Counted from the first letter of the stretch, positions 1 to 10,648 are shown. The stretch is 32,000 bases of DNA from Candidatus Saganbacteria bacterium (GCA_026387835.1 JAPLKZ010000004.1:92983-124982), one strand, 5' to 3'. Made by a program: numbers and translations. The notes: generated from the letters alone by a model not told the origin.

Positions 1-434
1 TGGATTTCCTGGACTAAGAACGAACCGGGGACTGAGTTCATTTTAGCAAGCAGCACGTTGAAAGATTCTTCGCCGCTCTTTTCGTTTGGGATATCCGGTT
101 TGCTCTTCACTAAATTGACTATACTATCCGCCATATTTTTTACTTTGTTCACTGCGGATGAATAATATGCCGCAACCGTCTTTGGACCAACACTTTCTGT
201 TTTTACCATGGGACAGGTCCTCTTATATTCCTGACTATCTATCGCATCCTTAAGAGACATACTTGCGTGTTTTTGGGCTGTTTCCCTGCCAATATTTTGT
301 TCAGCCCGGCTCCTCAATCTTCTGGTGCCTGTGGCCGATGAGGCTGTACACGCAGGGCGATTATATATAATGTAAGGACCGTCGAGACAAAAAGCGTTTA
401 ATTGAGGGGATTTTAAAATAAATGAGGCTCTCAT
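1..434 (-). CDS. Partial hypothetical protein, truncated at the window edge. The in-frame ATG may be at 434 or 260.
   Basis: Not in the ORF track. Hand translation of the minus strand from 260 gives MSLKDAIDSQEYKRTCPMVKTESVGPKTVAAYYSSAVNKVKNMADSIVNLVKSKPDIPNEKSGEESFNVLLAKMNSVPGSFLVQEI with no stop to the edge. The frame is also open upstream to an ATG at 432-434. Confidence 0.4.
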   Translation of the reverse strand, partial: MRASFILKSPQLNAFCLDGPYIIYNRPACTASSATGTRRLRSRAEQNIGRETAQKHASMSLKDAIDSQEYKRTCPMVKTESVGPKTVAAYYSSAVNKVKNMADSIVNLVKSKPDIPNEKSGEESFNVLLAKMNSVPGSFLVQEI

Positions 435-448
435 CAGAGAGCCCCATT
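426..448 (-). terminator. Rho-independent terminator-like hairpin downstream of the 471..1232 gene
   Basis: Minus strand reads GGCTCTC-TGAT-GAGAGCC followed by TCATTTATTTT. This is a perfect 7-bp stem with a T-rich tail, just after the stop at 471. Confidence 0.75.
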
Positions 449-470
449 GTTATTCCTGAAAATTCAGATA

Positions 471-1232
471 CTAGAATTTGATCCCGTATCCGATCTTAAG
501 ATCGAGACCTTTCAATGCCGGCTGGTCAGCAGCGTATTTAAGTCCGCTGTAACCGAGCTCGAAATTGACTATTCCCATTTCCGGGACGTTATAGTTTGCA
601 CCAAGGTATGCTTCCACACCCCAGCTGCCTGTACTGCCACCACTGACTTTCACAGGATAGAGACCGGCACCTCCTACATACCATGTGAGCGGAACGCCCA
701 AAGCCGGCATGAACGGAGTGATATAATAAACGGCGCCGAGCTTCGCGGAAACAACTTTAAAGCTGTCATTCCCGTTAGGATTCGTGCCTGAAAGATAATT
801 GGCTCCTATCCTTACGCTTAAGCCCTGAACAACTGAACCTGACAGATCGTAATCAAGATTGCCTGCAAAGCCGATCAGACCTGCATCAAGCCCGCCGTTG
901 ATATAAAGACCGAGACCTCTGCCTGCTTTTGCAGGAGGAGTTACTATTACAACCGGGGTGGGATTGACTATTATGGTAGCCGGTGTCGGCGCAACCACCT
1001 TCGACGCTTTTAATTTGTTCCAGCGAGCGAGAGTTGCAGCTTTTTCGGCATGTAACTGATTAACTTTTGCCGCGTCTGTGGTTTTCTTGGCCTTGGCAAG
1101 CTTCGCGTCAATTACATTCAGGTAATTCCTGACCGCTTGCGCTTCATCTTCCATGGCAGTACTGCCTAAAGTCACGCTGGCAACGGCTGCCACAAAAACT
1201 AAAGCAACGAAATAAATAACAAAATTCTTCAT
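471..1232 (-). CDS. Exported, outer-membrane beta-barrel-like protein
   Basis: N-terminal signal-like segment MKNFVIYFVALVFVAAVASVTLGS, Pro/Thr/Val linker, then alternating Gly/aromatic barrel-like strands ending LKIGYGIKF. Strong SD AAAAGGAGGTGAG upstream. Confidence 0.65.
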   Translation of the reverse strand: MKNFVIYFVALVFVAAVASVTLGSTAMEDEAQAVRNYLNVIDAKLAKAKKTTDAAKVNQLHAEKAATLARWNKLKASKVVAPTPATIIVNPTPVVIVTPPAKAGRGLGLYINGGLDAGLIGFAGNLDYDLSGSVVQGLSVRIGANYLSGTNPNGNDSFKVVSAKLGAVYYITPFMPALGVPLTWYVGGAGLYPVKVSGGSTGSWGVEAYLGANYNVPEMGIVNFELGYSGLKYAADQPALKGLDLKIGYGIKF

Positions 1233-1269
1233 TCTTTCTCACCTCCTTTTACATTAGATTTAGACATGT

Positions 1270-1722
1270 TTAATGCTTGTGTCCGCGGCCTTCATTACTA
1301 CGGCCTTGATCATTACGATCTCCATTATTCTGGGACTGCTTTTTCCACTGACCGTAATTAATGGGACGTTCTTTCTTATAGACTTCGCGGTAATTCTTAG
1401 GAACTTTGAACAAATACCCGGGCACATAGTTGCGTTGCACAACGCCCCACGGACCATTATACTGCCTTGCCCTGTACCAGCTATTGCCTCTCGGAGACCA
1501 CCAGTAGCCGTTATAGAAGAAGACGTCATAACTGATGCCCGGCACAAAGTAGATCCCATACTGCGGCATCATGACCACTTGCGGAGGTTCTGACACTACT
1601 ATCGGCGGCGGACCTATATTTATGTTGACATTGACTTCCGCTTGAACCGTTCCCATTGACCCAATGACCATGAACGCGAATACTAAAACAAATCCAAATA
1701 AACCGCAAAGACTTTTTTTCAT
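1270..1722 (-). CDS. Exported Trp/Tyr/Pro-rich protein of unknown function
   Basis: Signal peptide followed by NINIGPPPIVVSEPPQVV, NGYWWSPRGNSWYRARQYNGPW and a basic tail. Resembles small envelope proteins with a YYxPYWRx/WYRA-NGPW motif. Confidence 0.55.
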   Translation of the reverse strand: MKKSLCGLFGFVLVFAFMVIGSMGTVQAEVNVNINIGPPPIVVSEPPQVVMMPQYGIYFVPGISYDVFFYNGYWWSPRGNSWYRARQYNGPWGVVQRNYVPGYLFKVPKNYREVYKKERPINYGQWKKQSQNNGDRNDQGRSNEGRGHKH

Positions 1723-1754
1723 GTTTATTTTCCTTTCATTATACTATATTCATA

Positions 1755-2171
1755 TTAGAAATAATAACCCGCCTGCAACTGCAGTCTTCCGGACCTGACT
1801 GCGTCTACGCCGACTTCAAGGAACAAGGGTGTCACATCGAGAAACCGTTCAAAAATAAGGGAAATATAAGGGCCGGCATCTGAATTATTGCCCAGATATC
1901 CCACCAGCCCGCCGCTCAAGAACATCGGATATCTGTTGTTTATATTGCTAAGGAAAAATTTCCCTCCGATAAAGATGATCCCCGGGTTATTTGACGTGCT
2001 GATTTCAGCCCCTAATCTTAACGTTGCGTTATTTGCGGGGCCGCTTTCGAGCATTATCCCCAGCGCCGCGCCGTCCCTTATCCCGCCTATCACTGCGGGC
2101 CTGAATGCCAGACACTGCGATCCAAACAAAAGAACAAACAAAACGGCTGCAAAAACTAGGCTTTTTTTCAT
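1755..2171 (-). CDS. Small exported outer-membrane-like protein
   Basis: Signal peptide MKKSLVFAAVLFVLLFGSQCLA, then Gly-rich alternating strands ending LQLQAGYYF. Purine-rich upstream SD region. Confidence 0.5.
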   Translation of the reverse strand: MKKSLVFAAVLFVLLFGSQCLAFRPAVIGGIRDGAALGIMLESGPANNATLRLGAEISTSNNPGIIFIGGKFFLSNINNRYPMFLSGGLVGYLGNNSDAGPYISLIFERFLDVTPLFLEVGVDAVRSGRLQLQAGYYF

Positions 2172-2229
2172 TTTCCTTTTTCTTTTCCTTTCTTTACCGT
2201 CGGATATTTTTTCATTTCTTATTATTCTT

Positions 2230-2403
2230 TTAGATTCCGGTCTTAACTTTCTTAATTACTGTTTCGTTGGGAAGATAGCCGATCAATGCCTTTTCCACAA
2301 GATTAGTCAAAGTTAAATCCTCAACAACAGCCTGAGCTCTAGCGTGCTTAGCAATGGAAGGGTTAATAAAAAGGGTTAGCCGTTGTTTTTTATTAGTCGT
2401 CAT
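2230..2403 (-). CDS. Ribbon-helix-helix-like small protein. The start is reassigned to ATG 2401-2403.
   Basis: MTTNKKQRLTLFINPSIAKHARAQAVVEDLTLTNLVEKALIGYLPNE is a beta-strand/helix/helix pattern like RHH DNA-binding proteins. The track start at 2439 coincides with a TTGACA box. Confidence 0.5.
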   Translation of the reverse strand: MTTNKKQRLTLFINPSIAKHARAQAVVEDLTLTNLVEKALIGYLPNETVIKKVKTGI

Positions 2404-2439
2404 ACTACATATACTACATCTAGTTGTAGTGGTTGTCAA
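2401..2439 (-). promoter_or_regulatory. Sigma70-like promoter with overlapping tandem repeat upstream of the RHH-like gene
   Basis: Minus strand: TTGACA, 17 nt, TAGTAT, 7 nt, ATG. Tandem TGTAGTATA/TGTAGTATG overlaps the -10 and start codon; ACTACA...TGTAGT is an inverted repeat. Confidence 0.5.
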
Positions 2440-2460
2440 GCGCTGATTGAAAAACCAAGC

Positions 2461-2757
2461 TTACTTCCGTTTTGAAGAGGCTTTCGGGATTTTTTTATCC
2501 TTTTTTATCAAAGCTAATTTTTTCGTTCTCGACCACCTTTTTATCTGCGCCTCTCTTTTTAAGGCTTTACTGCGGTTTTTGCAAGCTTCATGATAACGGA
2601 TCTTTAAAGCCGGGTTATACGAAGTGTAATGTCCGCCTTTTCCCGTCTTGTGCTCGTTAAACCGCCTTTTGACATCGGTCGTGATGCCGGTATAAAGAGC
2701 TTTATTTTTGCATTCGATGATGTAGAGGAAGTATGGCATTCCTTCTGTATTATTCAA
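2461..2757 (-). CDS. GIY-YIG nuclease superfamily protein (UPF0213/YhbQ-like)
   Basis: PYFLYIIECKNKALYTGITTDVKRRFNEHKTGKGGHYT is the classical GIY-YIG domain. The first ATG is at 2739, and the track start is a TTG. Confidence 0.85.
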   Translation of the reverse strand: MNNTEGMPYFLYIIECKNKALYTGITTDVKRRFNEHKTGKGGHYTSYNPALKIRYHEACKNRSKALKREAQIKRWSRTKKLALIKKDKKIPKASSKRK

Positions 2758-3433
2758 TACTTAATCTATATCCGACCCCTGGTTCGGTAATGATAATATT
2801 TGATAAAGAATATTTATCCAGCTTCTTTCTGAGCTGCCCAAAATAGATCCTTAAATAATGAGACTGGTTAACAGCATTATTCCCCCATACCTCTTTAAGG
2901 AGATGTTTTTGAGTGACGATACGCCCTTCATTATGCGCAAGTATTTTTAAAAGGTCATATTCTGTTGCGGTAAGCTTAAGCAGTTCTCCGTTTATCCAAA
3001 CACTGCGTGTGCCGAGATCGATCTTTAAGGGGCCGCTTTCAAATACCGGCTCTTTTTTAAGGTTAAGGCTGTGCCGGAGCGCGACCCTCACCCTGACGGA
3101 AAGTTCCTTAGCGCTAAAGGGCTTTGTCAGATAGTCATCTGCTCCGGCGTCAAGAAGCTGCACTTTATCGGAATCGGAACCTTTGACGGTAAGTATTATC
3201 ACAGGCGTTTTCGATCTTTCCCTTATTTTGCCAAGAACATCGATCCCGTCCATATCCGGAAGGCCCAGGTCTAAAATAACGATATCCGGTCTGACGGAAT
3301 CGAACTGTAAAAGACCGTCTTTCCCTGTCTTTGCAAGATAGATAGAGTACCCGTCGGTTGAAAGGCTAACATCCAGAAGCCTGCGGATCGATTTCTCATC
3401 ATCGATTACAAGTATCTTAGCTCCGCTATTCAT
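2750..3433 (-). CDS. kdpE: KDP operon OmpR-family response regulator KdpE
   Basis: Receiver domain (ILVIDDEKSIRRLL...DIVILDLGLPDMDG) and a winged-helix C-terminus. Overlaps kdpD. Confidence 0.95.
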   Translation of the reverse strand: MNSGAKILVIDDEKSIRRLLDVSLSTDGYSIYLAKTGKDGLLQFDSVRPDIVILDLGLPDMDGIDVLGKIRERSKTPVIILTVKGSDSDKVQLLDAGADDYLTKPFSAKELSVRVRVALRHSLNLKKEPVFESGPLKIDLGTRSVWINGELLKLTATEYDLLKILAHNEGRIVTQKHLLKEVWGNNAVNQSHYLRIYFGQLRKKLDKYSLSNIIITEPGVGYRLSIE

Positions 3434-6152
3434 ATTGACCTGCCATCATATCCGGCTGCTTTTCCACAGGCAGAGATATTTTAAATTCAAGGCCCCCGCC
3501 CTTTTTGTTAGCTGAAAATATAAAACCGCCGTGAGCTTCTATAATACTTTTTGTTAGTGTAAGCCCCAAACCTACACCTCCCGCGGGAGAACCTTTCACC
3601 CGGTAGAACTTTTCAAAAATATGCACAAGCTGGTCTTCACTGATACCCGGACCATTATCGGATATTTCAAGAATGAGATCATCATCTTTAAGAAATGATC
3701 TTATTTTTATCTCGGATCCTTCAGGCGTATAGTTGATCGCGTTTATCAATATATTGCTCACGGCCTGTTCGAACAGGTTAAAGTCAAGCATTACAAGCGG
3801 AAGTCCTTCTTTTATTTCTATTGATAGTTTATGACCTTTTAGTTTTTCTCTCAACTGCTTCACCGACACATCAATGATCTCTCCTATGTCGTTCCATTCT
3901 CTTTTAAGGGTAAATGAGCCGGAGTTGATCCTGGACATATCAAGGATGTTCCCGACTACATTATTCAATCTGTCAACAGATTCAAGAAGCTCTTTTATCA
4001 GGTCTTCCCTCACGGTTTTATCCTGATTGATCTTTTCCTCGTTTAAAGCGGATGCTATCCCGCCTATTGAAGTTAGAGGGGTCCTCATTTCGTGCGAGAT
4101 GCTCTCGAGTATCGTCTGCAGCATCTTCTCCGACTTTTCAAGCTCCTGGACTTGTTTTGACCTTTCCCTGAAAAGCTCTTTTTCAAGATATACAGCGATC
4201 TGTTTTGATATTGCCGCTATTAAGTTGGCCTGCTCCTGATTGAGTTTTTCTTCTTTATATGGCCTGTATGCCAGAATACCGACCGTCTCTGAAGGGCCTT
4301 TCAAGGGAATATAGATGGCTTTTGCGGACATCAAAGTTTCAGTGGACCATCCTGCCGGAGTCCCTTTATCAAAAGACCATTTAGCCACGGAGAGCTCCTT
4401 TTTATCTGCGAATACGTCAGCTCTTCCTTCTATAGTTTTGTCAAATTCTTGCATGGCATCCTTAGCAATAATATAAAAATCTCCCGGAAGCATTGTGTTC
4501 ATCTGTTTTTGTATCTCTTCTATGCAGGATCTTTTGTCAGCAGCTCCCGCAATCGTGTAAACGATCTTATAGATCGCGTCATTCCACGAAGACCGGACAA
4601 GAAGCATCTTTTCGTTAGTCCTTACCCTGTATGTCAGAAATCCCGCAACTATCGCAGTGAAGAAAAATGTCAGGTGCATCAGGAGGTCTTCCGGTCTTGA
4701 TATCGAAAGTGTCCCGAACGGCGGTATAAAAAAGAAGTTCCATGTCAGGGCACAGATAAGGGACGCGATCACTATCGGAATAAATGAAACGAACAGGCTG
4801 ATAAATAATACTGCAAGAAGATATATGAACCCTATCGCCCTGTATCCGGTATAGGGGGCTAAGAGCAATGATACTCCGGTCACAAAAGCGACTACCCATA
4901 AGATCATGAAATATTCCATGAATGACGACCGGAAATCAACCTTGAATTTTATAGAGCTGTAACTTGGCTGCGGCGTCTCTCCTGATTCGGTCTTTAAAGG
5001 TATTACGTGCACGGCTATGTTCTTCGTCTCTCGCAGCAGTCTGTTTATCAAAGAACCTCTGATAAAAGATTCAAAATAGTTTTTATCCGAATGGCCCAGG
5101 ACTATTTGCGTTATATGTTTCTGCTTAGCGAACTTCAATATCTCGCCGAATATGCTCCTTCCCATCAACGTAACCGTTTTCGCCCCAAACTGCTCCGCCA
5201 GCGCAAAGTGGTTCTCGGTCTGTTCTTTTTCGCTCTGGCTCCACTTCCCGTAAAATACGTTCTCAAGTTCTACCGCCACGACGAACCAGTCGCATTTGTA
5301 TCTTTTTGCCATTGCGGCACCGCGCCTGATAAGCTTGTTCGAATTGGTCCCCGGACCTATGCAGACCATTATCCTTTCGGTGGTCTGCCAGTTCTCGTTG
5401 ATATTGTGCGCCTGCATGTACTGTTCAAGTTCTTCATCCACTTCCTGTGCTGTCTGCCGGAGAGAGATCTCCCGCAGCGCATTCAGATTACCTTTTCTGA
5501 AGAAGTTCGACAAAGCTTCGTCTATCTTATCGAGCTTGTAAACATCTCCCCGTTTCAACCTGTTGATGAGAGCTTCTATCGTGATGTCGACCGCGACTAT
5601 TTCATCTGCTTTTTCGACGATCTTGTCAGGAATAGTTTCCCGGACGGTGACCCCCGTTATCTGCTTGATCGTATCCACAAGGCTTTCCATATGCTGCACA
5701 TTAAGAGTGGTTATTACGTTTATCCCCGCATCAAGTATTTCCGCGACATCCTCATAGCGTTTTTTATTTTTTGAACCGGGAACATTTGTATGGGCAAGTT
5801 CATCCACAAGAACACTCCGGGGATGCCGTTTGATGATGGCATCTGTATCCATTTCCTCCAGGATTTTTCCCGAATATTCAATCTTTTTTTTAGGGATTAT
5901 TTGAAGTTTACCGATCTGATTTTTCGTGTCCGGCCTGTCATGGGGTTCAAAATAGCCGATAACTATATCTTCTCCGCGAACCAGTCGCCTGTTGCCTTCA
6001 TTGAGCATTGAATAGGTCTTGCCGACCCCCGGAGCGTATCCGATGAATATCTTTAACTTTCCTCTCTGCTCCTCCGGAGGGGTCGCGATCTTTAAAGCTT
6101 CTTCCGGTGTCAGTCTTTTTGAAAAGTCTTCCATATTATTTCTCAAACTCAT
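3426..6152 (-). CDS. kdpD: Osmosensitive K+ channel histidine kinase KdpD
   Basis: N-terminal KdpD domain (GKLKIFIGYAPGVGKTYSML), USP-like domain, TM region, GAF, HATPase (SHEMRTPLTSI, GGVGLGLTLTKSI). Confidence 0.97.
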   Translation of the reverse strand: MSLRNNMEDFSKRLTPEEALKIATPPEEQRGKLKIFIGYAPGVGKTYSMLNEGNRRLVRGEDIVIGYFEPHDRPDTKNQIGKLQIIPKKKIEYSGKILEEMDTDAIIKRHPRSVLVDELAHTNVPGSKNKKRYEDVAEILDAGINVITTLNVQHMESLVDTIKQITGVTVRETIPDKIVEKADEIVAVDITIEALINRLKRGDVYKLDKIDEALSNFFRKGNLNALREISLRQTAQEVDEELEQYMQAHNINENWQTTERIMVCIGPGTNSNKLIRRGAAMAKRYKCDWFVVAVELENVFYGKWSQSEKEQTENHFALAEQFGAKTVTLMGRSIFGEILKFAKQKHITQIVLGHSDKNYFESFIRGSLINRLLRETKNIAVHVIPLKTESGETPQPSYSSIKFKVDFRSSFMEYFMILWVVAFVTGVSLLLAPYTGYRAIGFIYLLAVLFISLFVSFIPIVIASLICALTWNFFFIPPFGTLSISRPEDLLMHLTFFFTAIVAGFLTYRVRTNEKMLLVRSSWNDAIYKIVYTIAGAADKRSCIEEIQKQMNTMLPGDFYIIAKDAMQEFDKTIEGRADVFADKKELSVAKWSFDKGTPAGWSTETLMSAKAIYIPLKGPSETVGILAYRPYKEEKLNQEQANLIAAISKQIAVYLEKELFRERSKQVQELEKSEKMLQTILESISHEMRTPLTSIGGIASALNEEKINQDKTVREDLIKELLESVDRLNNVVGNILDMSRINSGSFTLKREWNDIGEIIDVSVKQLREKLKGHKLSIEIKEGLPLVMLDFNLFEQAVSNILINAINYTPEGSEIKIRSFLKDDDLILEISDNGPGISEDQLVHIFEKFYRVKGSPAGGVGLGLTLTKSIIEAHGGFIFSANKKGGGLEFKISLPVEKQPDMMAGQYE

Positions 6153-6714
6153 TGTCCAACGTTAAATTGAGCTTCAGGACATTGATCCTTTCTTCACCGA
6201 ACAGATCAAGGTCCCGTTTCTCCGTCATTTTGTTGATCAGCACTATCAGGTCGGCTTTTCTTGAAAGATCAAGCTTTCTTGCCTTTAATATCCTGTCTGT
6301 CTGGAATACCGCCGCAGACACGCTTATATGCGGGTCGAGGCCTGATCCGGAAGCATATAACATATCTGAAGGGATCTCATTTGCCGGTTTTGCAGGGTCT
6401 GCCTTTAAGATCATTTTCTCTCTTTCGGTTATCTGATCTTTTAATTGTTTGCTGGTCGCAGAAAGATTGCTTCCGCCGGATGAGAGCGTATTATAATCTA
6501 CTGCCGACGGCCTCGGCCAGAAATATCTGTCATTATCAAATTTTTGTGCTATCAGATCCGAGCCGACCGTCTTTCCTTTCAATAAAACAAGGCTTCCGTT
6601 GGCTTTATCTTTAAAGAATATCTGCGCCGCGGCAGTGATGATCAAAGGATATATTATTCCCGTTATCACCGCTGTGATCAAAAATAATTTTAAAGCCGCA
6701 ATGAATTGTTTCAT
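6136..6714 (-). CDS. kdpC: K+-transporting ATPase subunit C
   Basis: Single N-terminal TM segment, DRYFWPRPSAVDYNTLSSGGSNL, SGSGLDPHISVSAA. Confidence 0.96.
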   Translation of the reverse strand: MKQFIAALKLFLITAVITGIIYPLIITAAAQIFFKDKANGSLVLLKGKTVGSDLIAQKFDNDRYFWPRPSAVDYNTLSSGGSNLSATSKQLKDQITEREKMILKADPAKPANEIPSDMLYASGSGLDPHISVSAAVFQTDRILKARKLDLSRKADLIVLINKMTEKRDLDLFGEERINVLKLNLTLDNEFEK

Positions 6715-6724
6715 CTTATGCCTT

Positions 6725-8821
6725 TCAAGATATTATCCTGAAAAATACCATCAACATATCTATCAATTTTATCCCGATGAACGGCGCGATCAGGCCTCCG
6801 AGGCCGTATATCTGTATATTGCGCCGCAAAAGCGAGCGCGCGTCCTCGCTGTGATATGATACCCCGCGCAGAGCAAGCGGTATCAAAATGACTATTATTA
6901 TCGCATTGAATATAACCGCGCTGAGTATCGCGCTGTAAGGAGAATGAAGCCGCATGATATTAAGCACAGAGAGCGGCCCTTGCGTCGCGCCTGTTTCGGC
7001 ATACAGCATCCCGAAAATAGCGGGGATTATGGCGAAATATTTCGCAACATCATTGGCGATGCTGAAAGTGGTCAGAGCCCCCCTTGTCATTAAAAGCTGC
7101 TTGCCTATCTCAACGATCTCGATAAGCTTTGTCGGATTACTTTCGAGGTCCACCATGTTGCCCGCTTCTCTCGCTGCCTGTGTCCCTGTGTTCATAGTGA
7201 CCCCTACATCAGCCTGCGCGAGCGCCGGGGCATCGTTCGTTCCGTCACCGGTCATAGCGACAAGACGGCCGCTTGCCTGCTCCTGACGTATCCTGTTCAT
7301 CTTTGATTCAGGGGTTGCCTGCGCGATAAAATCATCGACTCCCGCTTCTGCGGCAATGGCCGCAGCTGTTAATTCGTTATCGCCTGTTATCATCACTGTC
7401 CGTATCCCCATTTTTCTCAGTTCTTTGAAGCGCTCTTTTATCCCGCCCTTGACCACATCTTTTAAATGAATTATCCCGAGGACTTTGTTCCCGTCAGATA
7501 CTGCCAGCGGGGTCCCTCCGCTGCTCCCTATCCTGCTCACTTCTGCCTCAAGTCCGGGCGGGAACTTCCCGTTTATCGACTCGACATATCTTTTTATTGC
7601 GTCGACCGACCCTTTTTTGATCGACCGGTAGACATTTTTATCCCTATCGTGGAAGTCGATGCCGCTCATCTGAGTTGAAGCGGAGAACGGAATAAATGTA
7701 GCTTCGCTGGAATGAAAGCTCTGTGCCCGGAGACCGAACTTGTCTTTTGCGAGTACAACGATCGATCTTCCTTCCGGAGTTTCATCTGCCAGAGAAGAAA
7801 GCTGCGATACTTCGGCCAAAGCCTTTTCCTCTGTCCCGGACGCGGGGATGAACTCTGATGCCATCCTGTTTCCCATAGTTATGGTGCCCGTTTTATCAAG
7901 AAGAAGAACATCTATATCACCCGCTGCTTCCACCGCGCGCCCGCTCTTTGCTATCACGTGGCGCCTGATCAACCTGTCCATTCCCGCTATCCCGATCGCG
8001 CTCAAAAGTCCTCCTATCGTCGTGGGGATAAGACAAACAAGAAGCGATACAAGGATCGGTACTGTCACCAGCAAAGAAAGGTCCTGTCCCGCAGCATTGC
8101 CGCTATAATCCGCAAAAAACTTCAGCGTGACGACGGCAAGGAGAAAAATTATTGTAAGTCCTGCCAGTACGATACTTAAAGCGATCTCATTAGGGGTCCT
8201 CTGCCGTTTTGCTCCCTCTATCAGGGCGATCATCCTGTCTATGAAATTCCCGCCAGGATCGGATGTTATTCTGATAATTATCTTATCGCTTATCACTTTT
8301 GTACCGCCGGTTACTGCGCTGCGGTCCCCTCCGCTTTCCCTGATCACGGGAGCTGATTCACCGGTTATCGCTGATTCATCGACGCTTGCTATCCCCTCGA
8401 TCACTTCACCATCGGAGGGGATAGTACCGTCCGCTTCACAAACGACCACGTCGCCTTTTTTAAGCTGGCTCGCAAGAACCGATGTTTCTTTGCCGTTCGT
8501 CAGAAGTCTCGCGCAGACTTCTTTTCTCGATCGCCGCAGGCTTTCCGCCTGGGCTTTTCCCCGTCCCTCAGCCATAGCTTCGGCAAAGTTTGCAAAAAGC
8601 ACAGTGAACCAGAGCCAGATGCTTATCATAAGTTCGAAGGAGGAGAAAACTCCGTTCACAAAAAGATGCTTGAAGAAATATGCCGATGTAAGTGCGGACG
8701 CTACCATCGTGAGAAACATCACGGGATTGCGCATTTCTTCTTTCGGATTAAGTTTAAGAAAAGAGTCTCTTACCGCCTCAAAAAAGATCTTATTTTGATC
8801 TCCATCAGTCTTTTTTGTCAT
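6725..8821 (-). CDS. kdpB: K+-transporting ATPase ATP-binding subunit B
   Basis: P-type ATPase motifs [20 protein letters not shown] and [17 protein letters not shown]. Confidence 0.98.
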   Translation of the reverse strand: MTKKTDGDQNKIFFEAVRDSFLKLNPKEEMRNPVMFLTMVASALTSAYFFKHLFVNGVFSSFELMISIWLWFTVLFANFAEAMAEGRGKAQAESLRRSRKEVCARLLTNGKETSVLASQLKKGDVVVCEADGTIPSDGEVIEGIASVDESAITGESAPVIRESGGDRSAVTGGTKVISDKIIIRITSDPGGNFIDRMIALIEGAKRQRTPNEIALSIVLAGLTIIFLLAVVTLKFFADYSGNAAGQDLSLLVTVPILVSLLVCLIPTTIGGLLSAIGIAGMDRLIRRHVIAKSGRAVEAAGDIDVLLLDKTGTITMGNRMASEFIPASGTEEKALAEVSQLSSLADETPEGRSIVVLAKDKFGLRAQSFHSSEATFIPFSASTQMSGIDFHDRDKNVYRSIKKGSVDAIKRYVESINGKFPPGLEAEVSRIGSSGGTPLAVSDGNKVLGIIHLKDVVKGGIKERFKELRKMGIRTVMITGDNELTAAAIAAEAGVDDFIAQATPESKMNRIRQEQASGRLVAMTGDGTNDAPALAQADVGVTMNTGTQAAREAGNMVDLESNPTKLIEIVEIGKQLLMTRGALTTFSIANDVAKYFAIIPAIFGMLYAETGATQGPLSVLNIMRLHSPYSAILSAVIFNAIIIVILIPLALRGVSYHSEDARSLLRRNIQIYGLGGLIAPFIGIKLIDMLMVFFRIIS

Positions 8822-8826
8822 GATGT

Positions 8827-10515
8827 TTAGAACGCCCTTCCTTTAAGCATCAATAAATGCTCGATGATGGGTCCGAGAGAAAGTGCGGGGAAAAATGTCA
8901 AGACCCCGACTATTATTATAACTCCCACAAGAAGAGCCGCGAACAGAAAATTATCCGTAGTAAAAGTGCCGCTTGAGACAGGCGTTATTTTTTTTACCGC
9001 GAGGCTGCCGGCTATCACCATCGCGGGGATTATCACCCCGAACCTTCCTATGATCATAGCTATACCAAGAAGAACGTTATAAAAGACCGTATTCGCATTG
9101 AGACCCGCAAAAGCGCTGCCATTGTTCTGGGATGCCGAGGAAAAAGCATAAAGCATCTCACTGAAACCATGAGGACCTTTACTGAGCAGACTTGAAAGGC
9201 CAGCCGGCAGAACACACGCTGCTGCCGTTCCAAGGAGTATCGCGGCAGACGGAAGAAGTATCGAAAGTATGACCATCTGCACTTCTTTGCGCTCGATCTT
9301 TTTGCCGAGATATTCCGGTGTACGCCCCACCATCAGCCCTGCAAGGAACACCGTGAGCAGGACCATGTGGAGCATTCCGTACATACCTGACCCAACGCCT
9401 CCGAATATTATCTCGCCAAGCATCAGATTGAACAGGGCGATTCCTCCGGTAATGGGCGTCAGAGACGAATGCATAGCATTTACCGATCCGTTGGAGACTG
9501 AGGTAGTGGCAGTTGCCCAGATCACGCTGTTTGTTATTCCCAGCCTCATCTCCTGTCCTTCGTGTATCGTCGTGACAGCAGTATTCGAATATGAAAATTC
9601 GGAAAACAAAGCTACCCCGAGAGAAATGGCAAAAACAGCGAACATTACATAGAATAAAAGCCATCCGTGTTTTTTGTTACCGATCATCACTCCATATGTA
9701 TATACCAGAGCTGCCGGCAGCATCAGAAGAGCAAGCATCTCAAGGAAATTAGATAATGGCGTCGGGTTTTCATAAGGATGAGCGCTGTTCGCGTTAAAGA
9801 AACCTCCGCCGTTCGTACCCAGCTGTTTTATCGCGATCTGCGAGGCGGCCGGGCCCATCGGCAGCGTCTGCGAAGATCCCTGCACAGTAACGGCCGTCTT
9901 ATATGGAGAAAAGTTCTGTATTACGCCCTGACCCGCGAGCAGGACCGCAAGGATCACTGATAAAGGCAATAATACATATATAAGAGTTCGGACAATGTCT
10001 ACCCAGAAATTCCCCAGCGACTTCGCTGTTTTTGAGATTATTCCCCGAGTGAGCGCCAGGAATACTGCAAACCCAGTTGCCGCACTTAAGAAATTCTGTA
10101 CAGCAAGACCCAGCATTTGTGTAAGATAGCTCATCGTCGACTCGCCGGCGTAACCCTGCCAGTTCGTGTTCGTCATAAAGCTCGCGGCCGTGTTAAACGC
10201 GCTGTCCCAGCTTACGTTTGCCAGATTTTGGGGGTTCAGAGGAAGATAGCGCTGCGTCAGTTGAAGGACAAAAACGAACAAAAACCCTATAAAGTTGAAC
10301 CATAGAAGTGCTTTTGTATAATCTTTCCAGTCCATCTCCTCTTCTTCGTCAATCCCGCATACTTTATATATAAGTTTTTCAAGCCAGCCGAGCAAAACGT
10401 GCATGAAAGTCTTTTTCCCCTGAAAGACCTTTGCCATAAAAAGGCCCAGGACCGGGGTAAGCAATATGAGTGCGGCACAATAAACAATCACCTGAAAATA
10501 ATCAATGCTTTTCAT
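8827..10515 (-). CDS. kdpA: K+-transporting ATPase subunit A
   Basis: Multi-spanning protein with KdpA selectivity-filter-like segments ([35 protein letters not shown]). Confidence 0.98.
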   Translation of the reverse strand: MKSIDYFQVIVYCAALILLTPVLGLFMAKVFQGKKTFMHVLLGWLEKLIYKVCGIDEEEEMDWKDYTKALLWFNFIGFLFVFVLQLTQRYLPLNPQNLANVSWDSAFNTAASFMTNTNWQGYAGESTMSYLTQMLGLAVQNFLSAATGFAVFLALTRGIISKTAKSLGNFWVDIVRTLIYVLLPLSVILAVLLAGQGVIQNFSPYKTAVTVQGSSQTLPMGPAASQIAIKQLGTNGGGFFNANSAHPYENPTPLSNFLEMLALLMLPAALVYTYGVMIGNKKHGWLLFYVMFAVFAISLGVALFSEFSYSNTAVTTIHEGQEMRLGITNSVIWATATTSVSNGSVNAMHSSLTPITGGIALFNLMLGEIIFGGVGSGMYGMLHMVLLTVFLAGLMVGRTPEYLGKKIERKEVQMVILSILLPSAAILLGTAAACVLPAGLSSLLSKGPHGFSEMLYAFSSASQNNGSAFAGLNANTVFYNVLLGIAMIIGRFGVIIPAMVIAGSLAVKKITPVSSGTFTTDNFLFAALLVGVIIIVGVLTFFPALSLGPIIEHLLMLKGRAF

Positions 10516-10524
10516 GAATATCCC

Positions 10525-10608
10525 TTAGAATTTCTCCGGGTTCATCATCGCGTATACGAGATAGCCCAGCATAACGAGCGCTATCAGACCTGACAAAATA
10601 AAACCCAT
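10525..10608 (-). CDS. kdpF: K+-transporting ATPase small subunit KdpF (27 aa, missing from the ORF track)
   Basis: Hand translation: MGFILSGLIALVMLGYLVYAMMNPEKF. This is a single TM helix with the KdpF-like LGYLVYA..NPE(K/R)F signature, immediately upstream of kdpA. Confidence 0.92.
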   Translation of the reverse strand: MGFILSGLIALVMLGYLVYAMMNPEKF

Positions 10609-10648
10609 ATTATATTCCTTTTGGTTGATTATAACAGGTTAACAGGCC

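Noticed and set aside
2172-2229. 15-codon micro-ORF MKKYPTVKKGKEKGK overlapping the start of the 1755..2171 gene.
   Set aside because: Composed mostly of purine-rich SD sequence translated into Lys/Gly/Glu. No independent coding evidence.
5007-5774. 255-aa plus-strand ORF in the track.
   Set aside because: Entirely antisense within kdpD, with no recognisable motifs and skewed composition. It is a shadow ORF. The same applies to other long plus-strand shadows such as 8127..8798, 18747..19391, 23634..24554 and 20013..20684.
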